A DNA stretch of 64,000 nucleotides from Gemmatimonadales bacterium. GTDB lineage: Bacteria > Gemmatimonadota > Gemmatimonadetes > Gemmatimonadales > GWC2-71-9. Under the pieces are notes generated by a model. It had not been told where the DNA came from and ran no database searches. It worked only from the letters and a program-made list of their open reading frames with translations. The translations under genes were made by a program, and so were the position numbers. Each line of letters begins with the position of its first letter. The first letter of the stretch is position 1. Below are positions 1 to 9,872 of the stretch, one piece after another. The stretch spans positions 128,001 through 192,000 of the forward strand of contig JBFGJG010000001.1 in the NCBI GenBank assembly GCA_041577295.1, given 5' to 3'.

Positions 1-251
1 ATGAGGGCATCGCGCTCGCCAACAAGACGCAGTACGGTCTCGCCGCCGGGATCTGGACCAAAGACATCCAGAAGGCCTTTCAAGTTGCCCGGGCTATCCG
101 TGCAGGCACTGTTTGGGTGAACACCTACAATCTCTACGACTCGGCAGCGCCGTTTGGCGGTTACAAGGCGAGCGGGTTTGGGAGGGATTTGGGGCGCGAA
201 GCGCTTCAAGGGTACACGGAGACCAAGACGGTATGGATGGGTCTCAAGTGA
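1..251 (+). CDS. Aldehyde dehydrogenase, C-terminal fragment (5' truncated by window edge)
   Basis: Frame from nt 3 reads EGIALANKTQYGLAAGIWT...AGTVWVNTYN...APFGGYKASGFGRDLG...YTETKTVWMGLK*, the typical ALDH C-terminus. Stop TGA overlaps the next GTG. Confidence 0.92.
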   Translation, partial: EGIALANKTQYGLAAGIWTKDIQKAFQVARAIRAGTVWVNTYNLYDSAAPFGGYKASGFGRDLGREALQGYTETKTVWMGLK

Positions 252-1441
252 ACGACGCTCTGATCTGCTCCGCTGTACGAACGCCGGTCGGCCGTCACGG
301 AGGCGCGCTTGCTGACCTGCGTCCCGACGATCTGGCAGCCGTTGCCGTTAAGGCCGCGGTGGATAGAGTGGGCTTCGATCCCACCGCGATCGACGATGTC
401 ATTCTCGGCTGCGCCAATCAGGCAGGCGAGGACAACCGCAACGTGGCACGCATGGCGGCGTTGCTGGCTGGATTTCCCGTGGAGGTTCCGGGTCAGACGG
501 TGAATCGCCTGTGTGGGTCGGGGCTCCAGGCGGTTGCCAGTGCGGCTCAGGCGATCAAGGCGAACGAGGGTGACGCGTTTGTCGCGGGCGGTGTCGAGAG
601 CATGACGCGCGCACCATACGTCATGCTCAAGCGTGGAACCGGTTGGGACCGGCAGCCGCCGGAGATGGCGGACACCACGGTGGGTTGGCGCTTCGTCAAC
701 CCGACCATGCGCGCGGAATGGACCGTGTCACTCGGGCAAACGGCAGAAAACGTTGCCAATCGCTACGGCATTACGCGAGCCGAGCAGGACGAGTTTGCGT
801 ACGAGAGCCAGCGACGGGCTAAGGCTGCCCTCGAACAGTGTGTGTTTCGCGATGAGATCGTCCCTGTCACAATGGGTGGCCCCAAAGACACGCGGGTTAT
901 CGAGCGCGACGAGCACCCACGCCCCGACGTCACACTCCAGAAGCTGGGCAAGCTGAACCCGGCGTTTGCGATAGGCGGCACCGTAACCGCCGGCACCTCG
1001 AGCGGCATCAATGACGGCGCCGCCGCGTTAGTCGTGGTACGAGGCTCGAGCCAAGCACAAAGCTCGCTCGTGCCGCTGGCTCGCATCGTGACCACCGCGG
1101 TTGCCGGTGTCGATCCATCGCGCATGGGCTTGGGCCCCATACCCGCGACGCGCAAGGCACTGGCACGTTGCGGTATGACCATAGATCAACTGGATCTCAT
1201 CGAGCTCAACGAAGCCTTCGCCGCGCAGGCAATCGCCTGCATTCGCGAGCTCGAGCTCGACCCCAGCCGCGTAAACATCTACGGCGGTGGAATCGCTCTG
1301 GGCCATCCGCTGGGGTGCACCGGGGCGAAGATTCTCACGACGCTAGTCCATGCGTTACGGCGCACCGGAGGGCGCTTCGGGTTGGTGACCATGTGTATTG
1401 GTGTCGGCCAAGGTATCGCCATGATCGTGGAGCGCGCGTGA
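248..1441 (+). CDS. Acetyl-CoA C-acyltransferase (thiolase, PcaF/PaaJ-like)
   Basis: GEDNRNVARM, NRLCGSG (catalytic Cys), NEAFA, GHPLG and CIGVGQG motifs. GTG start overlaps the upstream stop. Confidence 0.92.
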   Translation: MNDALICSAVRTPVGRHGGALADLRPDDLAAVAVKAAVDRVGFDPTAIDDVILGCANQAGEDNRNVARMAALLAGFPVEVPGQTVNRLCGSGLQAVASAAQAIKANEGDAFVAGGVESMTRAPYVMLKRGTGWDRQPPEMADTTVGWRFVNPTMRAEWTVSLGQTAENVANRYGITRAEQDEFAYESQRRAKAALEQCVFRDEIVPVTMGGPKDTRVIERDEHPRPDVTLQKLGKLNPAFAIGGTVTAGTSSGINDGAAALVVVRGSSQAQSSLVPLARIVTTAVAGVDPSRMGLGPIPATRKALARCGMTIDQLDLIELNEAFAAQAIACIRELELDPSRVNIYGGGIALGHPLGCTGAKILTTLVHALRRTGGRFGLVTMCIGVGQGIAMIVERA

Positions 1442-2229
1442 GCTACGAACATGTGTTGCTCGACCGAACGAGCGGGATCGGCACGGTCACGTTGAACAGG
1501 CCGGACAAACTGAACGCATTCGCCGGCCGGATGCGGCAGGAGGTCGCCGAGGCCGTCCGCGAGATGGCGGGGGACACGGAGGTACGGGTGGTGGTGATTA
1601 CGGGTGCCGGCCGCGCGTTCTGCGCAGGTGCTGACATTGGGTACATGCGGCAGCTGCTCGAGACCCAGGACTACAAGGCGTTCGAATCGCTGGTGGAGGC
1701 CGGTCGCGATGTGGTCACCACCATTCGCTCCACGACCAAGCCGGTGATTGCCAGCGTTAACGGGCCAGCCGCCGGTGGCGGCGCGAACTTAGCGCTGGCC
1801 TGTGATGTTCGGATCGCTTCGGAGCGCGCGTCCATCGGCCAGACGTTCAATCGAATCGGGCTCCACCCGGATTGGGGCGGAACGTACTTTCTGCCGAGGC
1901 TCGTTGGTCCGGCAAAGGCGCTGGAGTTGGTGTTATCGGCAGAGATGGTGGATGCGGCGGAAGCCTATCGTTTGGGCCTGTTCAATCGCGTGGTGCCACA
2001 CGACCAGCTGGTTACCGAAACGACCAACTTCGCGCGGATGCTCGCGGCCAAACCGCCGGTGGCGGTGGCTTTGGCCAAGCAGGCGATCTATCAAAGCGAC
2101 GCAAACGATCTCTCGGCGATGCTCGATATCGAGCTCGACCACCAGCTGCTGTGCTTCAAGACGGATGACGCGGGCGAAGGGCTCGCGGCCTTTCTCGAGA
2201 AACGCGTACCGACCTATCACGGGAGGTAA
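1438..2229 (+). CDS. Crotonase-family enzyme, PaaG-like (epoxide/oxepin-CoA isomerase type)
   Basis: LNRPDKLNA, FCAGAD, GGGANLALACD (lacks the hydratase Glu), GLHPDWGGTYFLPRLVG with a PaaG-type Asp. Confidence 0.8.
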   Translation: MSYEHVLLDRTSGIGTVTLNRPDKLNAFAGRMRQEVAEAVREMAGDTEVRVVVITGAGRAFCAGADIGYMRQLLETQDYKAFESLVEAGRDVVTTIRSTTKPVIASVNGPAAGGGANLALACDVRIASERASIGQTFNRIGLHPDWGGTYFLPRLVGPAKALELVLSAEMVDAAEAYRLGLFNRVVPHDQLVTETTNFARMLAAKPPVAVALAKQAIYQSDANDLSAMLDIELDHQLLCFKTDDAGEGLAAFLEKRVPTYHGR

Positions 2230-2241
2230 GGGAGGAGCCTA

Positions 2242-3354
2242 ATGCGCAAAGTTCATAACTGGGATGACTGGATCGATTACTTCTATCATTGGCAAGACTC
2301 GATTGGCTTGGACCGTAAGGAGCTCCGGGACTTCAAGTTTGGTGTCCTGTTTGGTGAGCCGGAGGTCGAGGAGATCGAGTTTGGCCACTATAGGGGACAG
2401 CGAAAGTGGCCGACGCTCATGCACATTCCGGATCAGCGGATTCGGGATGCCCTCATGAACTTGATCGTCTACCAGGGCGATACCGAGTTCGCTTCGGTCG
2501 AGCAGCAGCGCAACCTGTTGGTGAATCCGCCGTCGTCCTACGATCTGCTCTCCATCATGCGCGTCATGTCAGAAGAAATGCGGCACGGGTGGCAGATGTC
2601 GTACTTACTGTGCGAGCACTTTGGTGACGAGGGGCGGCGGGAGGCGCAAAAGCTGTTGGAACGACGCGCCGAGGAAGGTGAGCGACTCCTTGGAAGCTTC
2701 AACGAGATCGTCGATAACTGGCTCGACTTCTTTACCTATACGCAGTTCATCGACCGCGACGGCAAGTTTCAGCTGAAGATGCTGAGCGTGTCGTCGTTCG
2801 ATCCGCTGGCGCGATCCATGGGTCCGATGCTCAAGGAGGAGAGTTATCATCTGGGCACCGGGAACAACGGGCTGTTGCGCATCATCAAGGCAGGGCGCAT
2901 CCCACCTGAGACGATACAGCGCTTCTTCAACAAGTGGGTTCCCACGGCCTTCGATCTCTTTGGCACGGACAACTCGTCTTCGGCACACTGGGCGTACGTA
3001 TGGGGACTCAAGGGCCGGTTCGACGAGCGGGATAATGAGCGGCCGGCGGACCAGGCACGACTCAACGAGCACGCGAGGATACTCTACCGGCAAGAGTGCG
3101 AGCGCTTGGTGGAGCGATTGAACAAGTACATTCCGCAGCAGGAGCGTTGGCTGAAGCTCCCTGATCTCAAGTTCAATCGTCGAATCGGGCAGTGGGCCCA
3201 TCAGTGCTACGACGTGGATGGCAATGAGGTGAGCGCCGAACGCTACCCCAAGTACCTCGAGTCCGTGCTCCCCTCGCAAGAGGACTATGCGTTCCTCGTT
3301 AGCCTCATGAAGGATGGGGACTGGATCGAAACGCGAGCGGTCGCGACGAATTGA
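2242..3354 (+). CDS. BoxB-like / PaaA-PaaC family di-iron aryl-CoA epoxidase subunit
   Basis: QGDTEFASVEQQR, EEMRH, DRDGKFQL and EESYH di-iron motifs resemble BoxB. SD GGAGG upstream. Confidence 0.8.
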   Translation: MRKVHNWDDWIDYFYHWQDSIGLDRKELRDFKFGVLFGEPEVEEIEFGHYRGQRKWPTLMHIPDQRIRDALMNLIVYQGDTEFASVEQQRNLLVNPPSSYDLLSIMRVMSEEMRHGWQMSYLLCEHFGDEGRREAQKLLERRAEEGERLLGSFNEIVDNWLDFFTYTQFIDRDGKFQLKMLSVSSFDPLARSMGPMLKEESYHLGTGNNGLLRIIKAGRIPPETIQRFFNKWVPTAFDLFGTDNSSSAHWAYVWGLKGRFDERDNERPADQARLNEHARILYRQECERLVERLNKYIPQQERWLKLPDLKFNRRIGQWAHQCYDVDGNEVSAERYPKYLESVLPSQEDYAFLVSLMKDGDWIETRAVATN

Positions 3355-4028
3355 CTCTGGTCATCGCGCATCGCGGGGCCTCTGCGTACGAACCCGAAAA
3401 CTCTCTCGCCGCCTTCCGGGCGGCGAGAGACATGGGCGCCGATGGCGTCGAACTGGATGTCCAGACGACGGCAGACGGCGCCTTCGTTATCTATCACGAC
3501 CCGCACATCGGCTCCTGCAGCATTCCGCACTCCTCATTTCACCGGGTCAGGTCCTACCGGCTCCCCAACGGCGAACCCCTGCCAAGCCTCGAAGAATCCC
3601 TCGCAATCCTCGGGAGCGGGCTCACGGTGTATGTGGAGGTCAAAACACTCCCGCCGGAGCGGGACCAGGACTTCTTCCGCGCGCTGTCGGCAGGCCCCGC
3701 TCCGGAACGATGTCACATCCATGCGTTTGACCACCGGATCGTGAAGCGTCTGCGCGAGCACCAACCAGATCGCGTGTATGGGGCCCTGTCGTCATCGTAC
3801 CCGGTAGAGCCGCTTCAGCAGCTGAGGGACGCAGGGGCCACTGAGCTCTGGCAAGGAGAAGACCTCATCGATCGCGACCTCGTCGAACGCGTCCACGAGG
3901 CGGGCGCGCGCGTTTATGCGTGGACGGTGGACTCCGTACCGCGCATGCACGAACTGATCGATTTCGGCACCGACGGACTGTGCACCAACACGCCGGATGT
4001 CGCCCGTCTCGTGGTGGAGCGGCGATGA
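3351..4028 (+). CDS. Glycerophosphodiester phosphodiesterase family protein
   Basis: IAHRGAS..PENS, VELDV, VEVK, WTVD, GLCTN motifs. Confidence 0.9.
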   Translation: MTLVIAHRGASAYEPENSLAAFRAARDMGADGVELDVQTTADGAFVIYHDPHIGSCSIPHSSFHRVRSYRLPNGEPLPSLEESLAILGSGLTVYVEVKTLPPERDQDFFRALSAGPAPERCHIHAFDHRIVKRLREHQPDRVYGALSSSYPVEPLQQLRDAGATELWQGEDLIDRDLVERVHEAGARVYAWTVDSVPRMHELIDFGTDGLCTNTPDVARLVVERR

Positions 4029-4894
4029 GCGACATCCGACGCGTGGGAGTCGTTGGCGCCGGAACGATGGGACACGGCATCGCGCACGTCTGTGCACTCG
4101 CGGGCTTTGAGACCCGAGTAATCGACGCGCGAGCCGATGCCCTCGACGCGGCGATGGAGAAGGTGCGGCGCAACCTCGAAGGCGGTGTCCAGCGCGGCAA
4201 GCTCTCTCAGGAGCAAGCCGACGACGCAGTGAAACGGCTGAGCACCACGCGCCGACTCGAGGACGCCGTCGAGGGGGCAGATCTCGTCATCGAAGCCATC
4301 GTCGAGGACCTCGAGGTCAAACGAGAGCTCTTTCGCCAGCTCGACGCGCTCGTATCCGAGCAGTGCATTCTGGCCACGAATACCTCGGCTCTATCGGTGT
4401 CCACGATCGCCGAGGCGAGCGCGCACCCTGCGCGCGTCCTCGGGATGCATTTCTTCAATCCTGTGCATATCATGAAGCTCATCGAGCTCGTGGTCGCGGA
4501 CCGGACCGCCGAATCCACGCTCGCTACCGCCCGCGTCGCCGCCACGAAGATGGGGAAGGAACCGATCGTAGTTCGCGACACGCCAGGATTCGCCTCTTCG
4601 CGGCTCGGGGTGGTCCTCGGGCTGGAAGCCATGCGCATGGTCGAGCAGGGTGTGGCCAGTCCGGAGGACATCGACAAAGCGATGGAATTGGGCTACGGGC
4701 ATCCCATGGGTCCTCTCAAGGTGAGCGATCTAGTGGGGCTCGACGTCCGCATGGCGATTGCCCAACACCTCCATCGCGAGCTCGAGGATCCGCACTATGC
4801 GCCGCCGAGCGTCCTCGCCCGGAAGGTCGCAGCAGGTGAACTGGGAAAGAAAACCGGTAAGGGGTTCTACGAATGGCCCAACAAAGCGTCCTGA
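4025..4894 (+). CDS. 3-hydroxyacyl-CoA dehydrogenase (PaaH/Hbd-like)
   Basis: GAGTMGHGIA Rossmann motif, TNTSAL, GMHFFNP, HPMGP, LGKKTGKGFY. Confidence 0.92.
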   Translation: MSDIRRVGVVGAGTMGHGIAHVCALAGFETRVIDARADALDAAMEKVRRNLEGGVQRGKLSQEQADDAVKRLSTTRRLEDAVEGADLVIEAIVEDLEVKRELFRQLDALVSEQCILATNTSALSVSTIAEASAHPARVLGMHFFNPVHIMKLIELVVADRTAESTLATARVAATKMGKEPIVVRDTPGFASSRLGVVLGLEAMRMVEQGVASPEDIDKAMELGYGHPMGPLKVSDLVGLDVRMAIAQHLHRELEDPHYAPPSVLARKVAAGELGKKTGKGFYEWPNKAS

Positions 4895-5652
4895 CAGCCA
4901 TCGACGGCCGAGTGGCCACCGTGACGATCAATCGGCCTGACAAGCTCAACGCGCTGAACACGGCGGTGCGGCGGGAGTTCGTAGCCGCATTGAAGGAACT
5001 CGCAGCGAACGACGACGTGCGTGTGGTCGTCGTGACGGGAGCGGGTGAAAAGGCCTTCGTGGCCGGGGCCGACATCGCGGAGTTCGAGGGTCGAACCCCG
5101 GTTGAGCAGTTCCGCGTGATGAAGGGGTTCGGACTGGTTGAAGCGGTCGATGCCTTCCCAAAACCCGTGATCGCCGCGATCAACGGCTTCTGTCTGGGTG
5201 GTGGGTGCGAGCTCGCGCTGGCGTGCGACATCCGCATTGCGTCCGCAAAGGCGAGGCTAGGCCAACCCGAGGTCAACCTCGGAATCCTCCCGGGCGCAGG
5301 TGGCACGCAGCGGCTTCCCCGGCTCGTGGGGCTCGGCACTGCCTACAAGCTGCTGTACACAGGCGAGATGGTGGGTGCCGAGGAAGCCTTGCGAATCGGC
5401 CTGGTCGATGAGGTCGTACCGCCGGACCAGCTGATGACGCGGGTTCGTGAGTTGGCTGGTACGATCGCAGACAAGAGCCCCGTGGCGTTGCAGCTCATTA
5501 AGGAAGCGGTACGTGCGAGTGTGCGTCAGCCCTTGGACGAGGGGCTCCGCTTGGAGACCTCGCTTTTCGGCCTGGCCTTCTCATCCGAGGATAAAAAGGA
5601 AGGTGTGAGCGCCTTCCTGGCAAAGCGAAAAGCCGAGTTCACCGGAAAATGA
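4873..5652 (+). CDS. Enoyl-CoA hydratase (PaaF/crotonase)
   Basis: FVAGAD, GGGCELA and GQPEVNLG with both catalytic Glu residues. Confidence 0.9.
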   Translation: MAQQSVLTAIDGRVATVTINRPDKLNALNTAVRREFVAALKELAANDDVRVVVVTGAGEKAFVAGADIAEFEGRTPVEQFRVMKGFGLVEAVDAFPKPVIAAINGFCLGGGCELALACDIRIASAKARLGQPEVNLGILPGAGGTQRLPRLVGLGTAYKLLYTGEMVGAEEALRIGLVDEVVPPDQLMTRVRELAGTIADKSPVALQLIKEAVRASVRQPLDEGLRLETSLFGLAFSSEDKKEGVSAFLAKRKAEFTGK

Positions 5653-6515
5653 GCGCCGCCGCCCCCGGCGTCAGCGATCTTCACATCCACATCCAGCCCT
5701 GGCGGCAACTCAAGCCCGAAGCTGCGCGCGTCATGCGTCTTGGCAAAGAGGAGCACTGGGAGCGTCTCTTCGCGCTGATGGACGACCCCAAGGCGCTGCT
5801 GGAAGTCATGGACGATCGCGGTATTTGGCGGGTGGGACTCGTGAACTATCCGAGCCCCGACGTCATCGGATTCGACGATTCGACCAACCAATTTTCTGCG
5901 AAGTACGCCAGCGCCGCTCCCGGCCGGCTGCTACCCTTCGGCGGGGTGCACCCGCGGTTCACCAAAGATCCCGAGGGTCAGGTCGAGGATCTTCTCCAGC
6001 TGGGTATCCGTTGCGTCAAAATCCATCCACCTCATCAGCTGTTCCCCGCCAACGCGTACACCATGGGACTCGAGGAGTTGGGACGCATTTATCGGCGATG
6101 TGAATCGCGAGGCATGCCCGTGATGATTCACACGGGGACGAGCATCTTTCCCGGCGCGAGGAGCAAATACGGTCGACCGATGGAAATCGACGATGTGGCG
6201 ATCGACTTCCCCGATCTCACCATCCTCATGGCGCATGGCGGGCGGCCCCTGTGGATGGACGAGGCGTTTTTCATTCTTCGACGTCACCGCAACGTCTTCC
6301 TCGAGCTGTCCGGCATTCCACCCAAGAAGCTGCTGGAGTACTTCCCGCGACTCGAAGAGATTGGCGATCGCGTCGTCTGGGGAACCGATTGGCCCAGCCC
6401 CGGGGTGAAAGATCTGCGTGGCAACCTCGAGCAATTTCTGGCCCTGCCCCTCCCGGAAGCGTTGAAGACGAGCGTCACGCGCACGAAGCCACTCGAGCTG
6501 TTCCCGCAGCGATAG
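5649..6515 (+). CDS. Amidohydrolase family 2 protein
   Basis: DLHIH, KIHP, IHTG, AHGG, WGTDWP metal-binding motifs. Confidence 0.85.
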   Translation: MSAAAPGVSDLHIHIQPWRQLKPEAARVMRLGKEEHWERLFALMDDPKALLEVMDDRGIWRVGLVNYPSPDVIGFDDSTNQFSAKYASAAPGRLLPFGGVHPRFTKDPEGQVEDLLQLGIRCVKIHPPHQLFPANAYTMGLEELGRIYRRCESRGMPVMIHTGTSIFPGARSKYGRPMEIDDVAIDFPDLTILMAHGGRPLWMDEAFFILRRHRNVFLELSGIPPKKLLEYFPRLEEIGDRVVWGTDWPSPGVKDLRGNLEQFLALPLPEALKTSVTRTKPLELFPQR

Positions 6516-7943
6516 ATGTCGCGCATTGCGCTGCTCCTAGGACCCCTCGCGTTTGCGAGCACACTCATCGCGTCGCCGCCCTCCGGGCTGCCCGAGGTCG
6601 GGTGGCGCGTAGCGGGGCTCGCCACCTGGATGGCCATCTGGTGGATCACTGCGGTGGTACCACTCGAGGCCACTGCCCTCCTCCCGATCGTGGCGCTGCC
6701 CGTCTTCGGTGGCGGATCGGTCGGTAGCGTTACTGCGTCCTACGCTGACCCCATCATCTTTCTGTTCCTCGGAGGGTTTTTCCTCGCGGCCACGCTCGAG
6801 CGCTGGGATTTACACAAGCGGTTCGCGCTGACGACCGTGCGGGCCGTCGGGACGGATGCGCCCCGGGTGGTCCTCGCGTTCATGTTGGCATCGGCGGCGT
6901 GCAGCATGTGGATCTCGAACACGGCGACGGCGCTCATGATGCTGCCCATTGCGACCGCGGTCATCGCGGGATCGAAGACCGCGAGCAAGGACGAGCACGC
7001 CGGATTCCCCACGGCACTCATGCTGAGTGTTGCGTACGGGTGCTCGATTGGTGGCGTTGCGACGTTAATCGGCACGCCACCCAACGCCATCATGGCGGGG
7101 GCCGTGCGCGAGCTGCTGGGGCAAGAGATCAGCTTCGTGGGTTGGCTCGGTATCGGTCTGCTGGTGACCCTACCCATGCTCGTTGTGTGCTGGGTGCTTC
7201 TCGTGCGACTGTTCGCAGTGCGTGGCGCCGTGCCCGGGCTTGCCGACACCGTGACTCGCGAGCATCGCGCGCTGGGAGCGTTGTCCGGGAGTGAACGGTT
7301 CGTGCTCACGGTGTTTGCGCTGACAGCGGCCGCGTGGATACTCCGGGTTCCCAAATCGATTGGCCCGATCAGGATTCCCGGTCTCGAGGATGTGCTACCC
7401 GGCATCTCCGACCCGGCCATTGCCATCGCCGCCGCGCTCGTGTTGTTTGTGACCCCACTCGGCAAAGGTGGATCGGTGGTGGCGCTCGATTGGGAATCTG
7501 CGCGCAATGTTCCTTGGGGCATCCTCTTGCTCTTTGGTGGCGGACTCGCTCTGGCCGCCGCCTTCGAGCGCTCTGGCCTGACCGAGTGGATTGGGACGAT
7601 GCTGCAGGGCCTGGCCGGCGCCCCACTGGTAGTCGTCGTCCTCGCGACAACGGCGTTGTTCGTCATGCTGACGGAGCTCACCAGCAACGCCGCAACGACG
7701 GCGCTCGGCATGCCCCTGATGGCTGGTGTCGCAGCCGGTCTCGGTCTTCCGGCACTGCCACTGATGGTCGCCGCGGCCATGGCCGCGTCAATGGCGTTCA
7801 TGCTCCCGGTCGCCACACCTCCCAATGCTATCGTGTTTGGCTCGGGAGCCATCTCGACAAAATCGATGGCGCGAGCGGGCGCCGGTCTCAACGTGGTCGC
7901 CATCGCTATCATTACGCTCGTCGTCTGGTTGCGGGTCTCATGA
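6516..7943 (+). CDS. DASS/SLC13 family sodium-coupled anion symporter
   Basis: SMWISNTAT, IGTPPN, TELTSN, PVATPPNA motifs; many TM helices. Confidence 0.92.
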   Translation: MSRIALLLGPLAFASTLIASPPSGLPEVGWRVAGLATWMAIWWITAVVPLEATALLPIVALPVFGGGSVGSVTASYADPIIFLFLGGFFLAATLERWDLHKRFALTTVRAVGTDAPRVVLAFMLASAACSMWISNTATALMMLPIATAVIAGSKTASKDEHAGFPTALMLSVAYGCSIGGVATLIGTPPNAIMAGAVRELLGQEISFVGWLGIGLLVTLPMLVVCWVLLVRLFAVRGAVPGLADTVTREHRALGALSGSERFVLTVFALTAAAWILRVPKSIGPIRIPGLEDVLPGISDPAIAIAAALVLFVTPLGKGGSVVALDWESARNVPWGILLLFGGGLALAAAFERSGLTEWIGTMLQGLAGAPLVVVVLATTALFVMLTELTSNAATTALGMPLMAGVAAGLGLPALPLMVAAAMAASMAFMLPVATPPNAIVFGSGAISTKSMARAGAGLNVVAIAIITLVVWLRVS

Positions 7944-8320
7944 TGACGCCCGACCGCCTGTTCGCAGCACTCGGGGCCGTCTCGGGACTCTTGGCCGTCG
8001 CGGGCGGTGCCTTCGGGGCACATGCGTTGCGTGCTCGGCTGACTCCGGAACTCCTCACGATCTTCGAAACGGGAGTGCGGTATCACATGTACCACGCAAT
8101 CGCCTTGTTTGCGGTCGCGTGGGCGAGTGCGCGCTGGGGTGGTGCGCTGTTCGTGGCCACCGGATGGCTGTTCGTGGTAGGGACGGTGATCTTTTCCGGA
8201 AGCCTCTACACGTTGAGCCTCTCCGGTGCCAGGCTCTGGGGCGCCGTCACACCGATTGGCGGCCTCTGTTTCCTGGCCGGCTGGGGATGCCTGATATGGG
8301 GGATCGTCACGGCCCGATGA
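7940..8320 (+). CDS. DUF423 (YgdD/TMEM256) membrane protein
   Basis: GAFGAHAL, FETGVRYHMYH, FSGSLY, TPIGG motifs. Confidence 0.9.
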   Translation: MMTPDRLFAALGAVSGLLAVAGGAFGAHALRARLTPELLTIFETGVRYHMYHAIALFAVAWASARWGGALFVATGWLFVVGTVIFSGSLYTLSLSGARLWGAVTPIGGLCFLAGWGCLIWGIVTAR

Positions 8321-8988
8321 CGCTAACCAGGTCACGCCACTCGACCTCGCGCAACGAGCGCCTCGATCGATTTACCGTCCGCGAGCGGGAGATCATCGCA
8401 CGGTACCGCACGCCTCGCGCCGTCCAGCGATGGATTCGTTCGCTCCCCTACAATTGGCAGCGACGTGGCCCTACGGTACACTCGTTCCGCGGGGTCGTCC
8501 GCTACGGCACGGCACACTGTCTCGAGGCGGCACTCGCCGCGGCGACCATACTCGAATGCCATGGCTATCCGCCGCTGGTACTGGACCTGGAGTCGCAGGA
8601 CCTGCTGGACCACGTGGTGTTCGTGTTCCGGCACCGAAGGCGGTGGGGAGCCGTGGCGGGGTCGCGCGATGTCGGACTTGCGGGACGCAAGCCGGTCTTC
8701 CGATCGCTTCGCGCGCTGGCGATGAGTTACTATGAACCGTACATCGATCAGAAGGCGCGCGTTACCGGGTTTGGCCTCGCTGACTTGCGAGATCTTGATC
8801 CGTATGACTGGCGACTGTCCACGCGAAATGTCTGGAAAGTCGAGCGATACCTGATTGCACTACCGCACAGAGAGCTCGATACGAGCGATCGACGGTACCG
8901 CCAGCTGAGGCGGCGCTACCAGGAGTTCGCCAAAGTCCGCGATCCTCACGACACGCCATTCACGCGCGGTCGCCATCACTGGATGTAG
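8317..8988 (+). CDS. Vasohibin-like transglutaminase-fold cysteine protease (hypothetical)
   Basis: VQRWIRSLPYN, HCLEAAL, DHVVFVF, WGAVAGSR, KPVFRSLRAL match the vasohibin motif series in order. Confidence 0.65.
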   Translation: MTLTRSRHSTSRNERLDRFTVREREIIARYRTPRAVQRWIRSLPYNWQRRGPTVHSFRGVVRYGTAHCLEAALAAATILECHGYPPLVLDLESQDLLDHVVFVFRHRRRWGAVAGSRDVGLAGRKPVFRSLRALAMSYYEPYIDQKARVTGFGLADLRDLDPYDWRLSTRNVWKVERYLIALPHRELDTSDRRYRQLRRRYQEFAKVRDPHDTPFTRGRHHWM

Positions 8989-8990
8989 AC

Positions 8991-9842
8991 ATGACCAACA
9001 CCATCGCGTACTGCAACGGACGTTTTCTGCCTCCGGAGGAGATCCGGATTTCGCCCGACGACCGCGGGTTTCTCTTTGGTGATGGGGTCTATGAGGTGAT
9101 CAGGAGCTACGGTGGACGCCTCTTCGCGCTGCAACCACACCTGGCACGGATGGCAGATGGCCTCCGCGCACTCCGCATTGACGACGTGGACGTCAATCGA
9201 GTCGGCACCGTGGCCGAACAGCTCCTCGCCAAGAACGGCGCCGACCGCGAGGCCCTCGTTTACATCCAGGTGACCAGGGGCGCAGCGCCGCGAATGCATG
9301 CATTCCCTGCTGACACGACACCGACGGTCTTCGCCCGGGTCATGCCGTTTGTTCCCAAGGGGGACCCCAGAACCGGAGTGTCGGTGATCACCGTTCCGGA
9401 GCTTCGCTGGGCGCGGTGCGATATCAAGTCGATCGCGCTCCTACCGAACTGCCTCGCGAATCAGCGCGCGAGGGACGCGGGGGCACAAGAGGCGATATTC
9501 GTCCGAGACGGCGTGGCCATCGAGGGAACCGCGACGACGTTCTTTGCGGTACTGGACGGTAAGGTACGGACGGCTCCGGAGTCCAACTACATCCTGCCCG
9601 GGGTGACGCGCCGAATTGTCTTGAAGCTGTGTGTCGAATTGGGGATCCCGTCGGCCGAAAAGCCGATATTCGTCGAGGAACTCGGCAGAGTTCAAGAGTT
9701 GTTTCTCGCGGGAACCACGGTGGAAGTCATGCCTATTGTGCAAATCGATGGTCGCGCGGTCGGCGAAGGATCGCCTGGACCCATTGCACGGCGACTCCTG
9801 GAAGCGTTTCGATCTCGCACCATGACCCCGACGCCGCTGTAA
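8991..9842 (+). CDS. dat: D-amino-acid aminotransferase (PLP fold IV)
   Basis: DRGFLFGDGVYEV, RWARCDIKS (PLP Lys), ILPGVTR. Confidence 0.8.
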   Translation: MTNTIAYCNGRFLPPEEIRISPDDRGFLFGDGVYEVIRSYGGRLFALQPHLARMADGLRALRIDDVDVNRVGTVAEQLLAKNGADREALVYIQVTRGAAPRMHAFPADTTPTVFARVMPFVPKGDPRTGVSVITVPELRWARCDIKSIALLPNCLANQRARDAGAQEAIFVRDGVAIEGTATTFFAVLDGKVRTAPESNYILPGVTRRIVLKLCVELGIPSAEKPIFVEELGRVQELFLAGTTVEVMPIVQIDGRAVGEGSPGPIARRLLEAFRSRTMTPTPL

Positions 9843-9872
9843 CACCAGCGGCCACGGGCCGTAGAGTTATCG

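Noticed and set aside
6740..8335. Long antisense ORFs, e.g. 6740-8335 (531 aa), 17918-19462 (514 aa), 32973-34478 (501 aa), 36077-37510 (477 aa)
   Set aside because: Shadow frames opposite well-supported genes in GC-rich DNA; no recognisable motifs.
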